Origin: Asterias rubens
Taxonomy: Eukaryota
Length of the DNA stretch: 64,000 nt
Direction: 5' to 3'
NCBI RefSeq assembly: GCF_902459465.1
Contig: NC_047062.1
Location: 26,040,001 to 26,104,000 of the forward strand
The first letter of the stretch is position 1. Every line of letters begins with the position of its first letter. This document shows, piece by piece, positions 60,110-64,000 of the stretch. The notes beneath the pieces are model-generated. The model ran no database searches. It saw only the letters and a program-made list of their open reading frames with translations, and was not told where the DNA came from. The position numbers and the translations under genes are program-made.

Positions 60110-61925
60110 CTACTGCAGGGCTTCCTCAGCGTAGAAACTGTCTCGCCAAGCTGGGATATAAAAGAATATTTCCGTAAACATAATAAATTTCATGTTTATT
60201 AAACTTTTATGCAAACAGTCAGTTTTAAAGCCATCTTGTGTTGATTATTGACAATTCGAACAGGGTTTGAATTTTGGGCAATGAAAGGAGTGAATTCGGA
60301 TTTATTTTATATAAAAATCCCTGATGAACAAATACGATAGTTGTGAAATGCTCAGGTTTAATATAGTGCGCCACCAAGAGTTTGCAAAGAAAATGCCGTC
60401 TTCAAAGTGTAAAATCCGCGTCATAAGTGGCCTAATCATCTCTTAATACCTTGGGTTTTATTAACTGAGAACGAAACAATAAAAAGATCCGCTCAGACCC
60501 ATTGCTTGCATTCATAGAACATAAATACACAGTCTATACCATGACAGTGGAACCATTTGTCAAGGTTAATAAAAATGTCGCGTTCTTCAATCACATTATT
60601 TTAGTACTCATTCCCAATGGATTTTTTAGGGCTCCCTATGTAACATACTTTGAAAAATATGAGCACAATGGATGCGGTTTGCAAGTACCTTTAGCACAGA
60701 TTACTCCAGCAGTTTCTGCGTTTGTGCACTTGGGTTTATCCCAGCAATGCGATGGACAGTCGGTGATTTTGGCCTCGGAGCCGTCACAGATAACCCCATC
60801 CATGAGGTTAGGACCACTGCCTTGACCGAAGAAAGCACCCACCTCAGCATGCGTGGCACCAGAATAACCCAGCTGTCTGCAGACGACCCCAGCATCAGTC
60901 AAGTCCCACTCATTGTCGCAGATGGCGCCCCATGTACCATCCACAATGATCTCCACTCTACCCTTTCCCCTGGTCGGTCCATCCACAAGCCTTACATCAT
61001 CTGATGGTTTATAAAGATGAGAGTTGAACTCGCTATATTGTTGCCAAATCGAACGAGTTTTAAGTGAGTATCAATTTGACCCCTTGTTTTGAAATTGATT
61101 GCATCGTTGATTATAATTGATTATTATCTCGCAAGTTCGATGACCGATTGAGCTCAAATTTTCACAGGTTTGTTATTTTACGCATATGTTGAGATACACC
61201 AACTGTGAAGGCTAGTCTTTGACAATTACCAATAGTGTACACTGCCTTTAAGGAAGAAAGTTGAAGGAGTGAGTCTCACAAAACCATTCGACGATTTAAA
61301 CGTTTAAAAAATAAGTGTTTTATGGGCAAATGTCTTTATTTTATCCAACCAAGTAGACCCTATAGGCCTACAGTTAGAGAAAAGTCTTCTTTGAGAAAGA
61401 TAAGTGTCAAATGATCCGTCGCTATATTTCAGGCCAAAGTGAAGGTATCGATTGTATTAATGCAACATTAGCTTTGATTTTTTTTCTAATGAAAATTGTA
61501 ACCGGTAGTTTTTATGTCTGAGATAACTGCAGGCTTCCACAAGCTTCAAGACAGCAGTCCAACGACTATCGGATAACAAATAAAATACAATAGTTAAAGC
61601 AATACAAATTTCTTACTTGGTTTGCAGATTACTCCAGCAGTGCTGGTGCATGGATTATTTTCCCTGCACAGAAATGAGCACCTTGAAAGATATGGCTCCG
61701 TCCCTTTACAAGCAACTCGATCCATTACAATAGGAAGTTCTGTCGCTCCGTAAAATGATCCAATCTTTGCCTCACTTGCCTCTAGGAAACCAAGCTGCCT
61801 ACATACAGTAGTCGCATCTTGTATGTCCCAGTTTGTATCACATACCGCACCCCAAGCACCGTCATGGTAAATCTCGACTCGACCTCTAAGTACGTCATCA
61901 CCTCCAGCTAGCCGGATGATACCAT
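60110..61925 (-). CDS. Tandem SRCR-domain protein, copy 2 (exons 61925-61617, 61000-60689, probable terminal exon 60150-60110; 5' exon(s) unresolved or outside the window)
   Basis: Same exon lengths (309, 312 and 41 nt) and phases as copy 1, with few amino-acid differences; terminal exon AWRDSFYAEEALQ*. Confidence 0.85.
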
Positions 61926-62165
61926 CTTCAATACAATGTTTGTAATACGCACAGGAAAGTATGTTTTGCTTTGCTGTCCTGGTATGTCTGTCTGTCTGTC
62001 TGTCGGTCATGCTGTCTGTCTGGCTGTCACGCTGTCTGTCTGCGGTTGGTCTGACATTACAAGGTAGACATTGTGTGGTGATTTTTTAGGTAAACAATAC
62101 CGCTTTAAATAAATCTAAATTATGTTATTTGGCTTCGTTAAAGCTTCTTGGAAATATAAACCAGG

Positions 62166-63242
62166 TGTCGTCTCCCACCGGTGATGTGTTTATATTGTTG
62201 TTTATAATTTACACGTTTCTCTTACGTTTAACAGCTTATCCTTGTTTGCATAAAGTCAAAGTTCAGGGACCACAGCCAATCACCTGCTGGCATCTTAGGA
62301 ATCTTGTTTAGGGTGTGGCAAGCCCACAGTTCTGTATGCAACCGGTATTTCTTAGTCATTTCTTTTCCTGGTTTCGTTTGGTTAAGTTCGCCGTATTTTC
62401 TGTAGTCAACCCAAGCTAGTTTCATTGCCGTTTTCGTAAGTAGTATTTCTTCATTGTACAATATTTAATGTCACTTATTTCAATTGTATACATTTATTGG
62501 TTACCGTTAAATTACTTCCTTTCTATTTTCAATGATTTGGGCTAGTTGGAGCTATTTTCCTGGTTCTTCCTACAGCCGTATATTGAATTATTCGGGATCC
62601 AAAATCGATCCGACACTAAGGTTTTATGGTGCGACTGGTAAAGTTGTTTATTCTTCTAAGTCCTATTTTGCACCCAACGTATTTGTTTTTTAAATTAAAT
62701 TATTTTCATGTGTGTATTTTCCAACAGTTTTGTTATATCTGCCGCCGTAGACTCATTTTAACTCCTGTAAACTCCTGTATGTTCCCACTGTGTTGAAGTG
62801 ATTTCCCCGGTAACAATTTGTAAGTGTCAATTTAGTTCAGTCTTATTGTTATAATTGTTCATCGTTTAATACCAAATTGTTGCGAAGTAGTTTTGTTTAA
62901 GCTTTTAAAATTGCTTTCTTTAATCCTTCTGGAGACCCCCGATTGCTTATTTTCTCTAATCTTTTCTGGAAACTATTTTACCGTTCATTTTCGTATAATC
63001 TTTCCGGAAGCCTTCGATTACATTATATTTAATCTTTCCGGAAACCTCTGATTGCAAGTTTTCTTTAAATATCTTTCTTGTACTTTGTTTATTATTGAGT
63101 TAATTATGTATTTATGTATTAATTATCTATTTCATTATTTGTTGCTCTAGTTCACCTGCTCCTCGCTGAGTGCAAATAAACTACCGGGTCGATAAAATAC
63201 AATTTGTCCACGACTTTTATTGTTATCATCAACACGGTGACA
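62166..63242 (+). mobile_element. Solo LTR (1077 bp, 5-bp TSD; BEL/Pao- or Gypsy-type inferred)
   Basis: TGTC...GACA termini, ccagg TSD (62161-62165, 63243-63247), AATAAA at 63175; absent from the paralogous site near 6459. Confidence 0.8.
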
Positions 63243-64000
63243 CCAGGATTTTAGAACAAACTTACCTCATCGTGATGAAGTTACAAAATTAATGTTTGTA
63301 AAATATGTATATAAACAAGAGCATTGAAACCCAAAATCCCACTTTTTTTTGTTTCCACTGTTTTTAAACGACGATTGACACTTGACCTTTTAATTGATTT
63401 AAATTAATAATAAATGGGTAGGGAAAGCTACTGCGTCTAGAGCACTTAATATTATTAAGTACTTTTTTTTTATTAATGTTCGGAACAACATTAAATATAA
63501 TCTTCTCAGCCGTTTCTCAGCCATCTGAGAAGAGTCATTCATAATTTGTATTTGAATATAATTTAGAGACTTTTGAATTTTACAAGTTGGGCTTGTTCTG
63601 AATAAGCAGAATACTTTGTTTTGGTATAAGTTTTGTTTCTGGCCAGTGTAAATAAATACAGGGTCGGCCCAATGTGTATAGGGGTTGCGAACAACATTTG
63701 TAAGTGGGGTCCAGTGGAATGGGTGGCATAAAAAAGCTCTCTTTACCTTTTTATGAAACTCAGCCATGGTTCACATCCCGTATAGGCTGATTGATTTTGG
63801 CATCAGACCTAGTGAGGATTCTCTATCTGTGTTTGTCTATTGTACACGTTTTGATATCAACATGAACTAGAAAATAAACTTTGAACTTCAGCTATTAACA
63901 TTCACTCTGTAGATTCATTCACAATGACCCACTGTCATCCGAGTATTCAGACGCTTGTGATTATCAGCTTTTTACTTTTTCAATAATATGATAATTATAT

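Overview
AT-rich, intron-containing animal genomic DNA; the repeat families and gene content suggest an invertebrate deuterostome such as a sea star (inference). The window is an innate-immunity-flavoured locus. Two diverged copies of a minus-strand tandem-SRCR-domain gene (about 2.9-6.1 kb and 60.1-61.9 kb) bracket a plus-strand cluster of five spliced ISG12/IFI27-family genes, with a COQ3 gene between the third and fourth. Genes 1 and 2 come from a near-identical 5.0-kb tandem duplication; gene 3 comes from an older duplication that broke inside exon 2 and left an in-frame chimeric first exon; gene 5 has a +1 frameshift. Every ISG12 gene has a kappaB-consensus decamer shortly upstream of its start codon. 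Positions 9001-19664 hold a 10.7-kb hierarchical tandem array with Helentron/Helitron2-like termini: five head-to-tail units, each with a 5S-rRNA-derived cassette and variable numbers of ~147-bp subrepeats, capped by 17 copies of a 44-bp double-hairpin module separated by variable poly(A). The rest consists of MITEs, two solo LTRs with TSDs, tRNA-derived SINE heads, a LINE remnant and two minisatellites. Exon models were built by hand from splice signals and phase, with no expression data.
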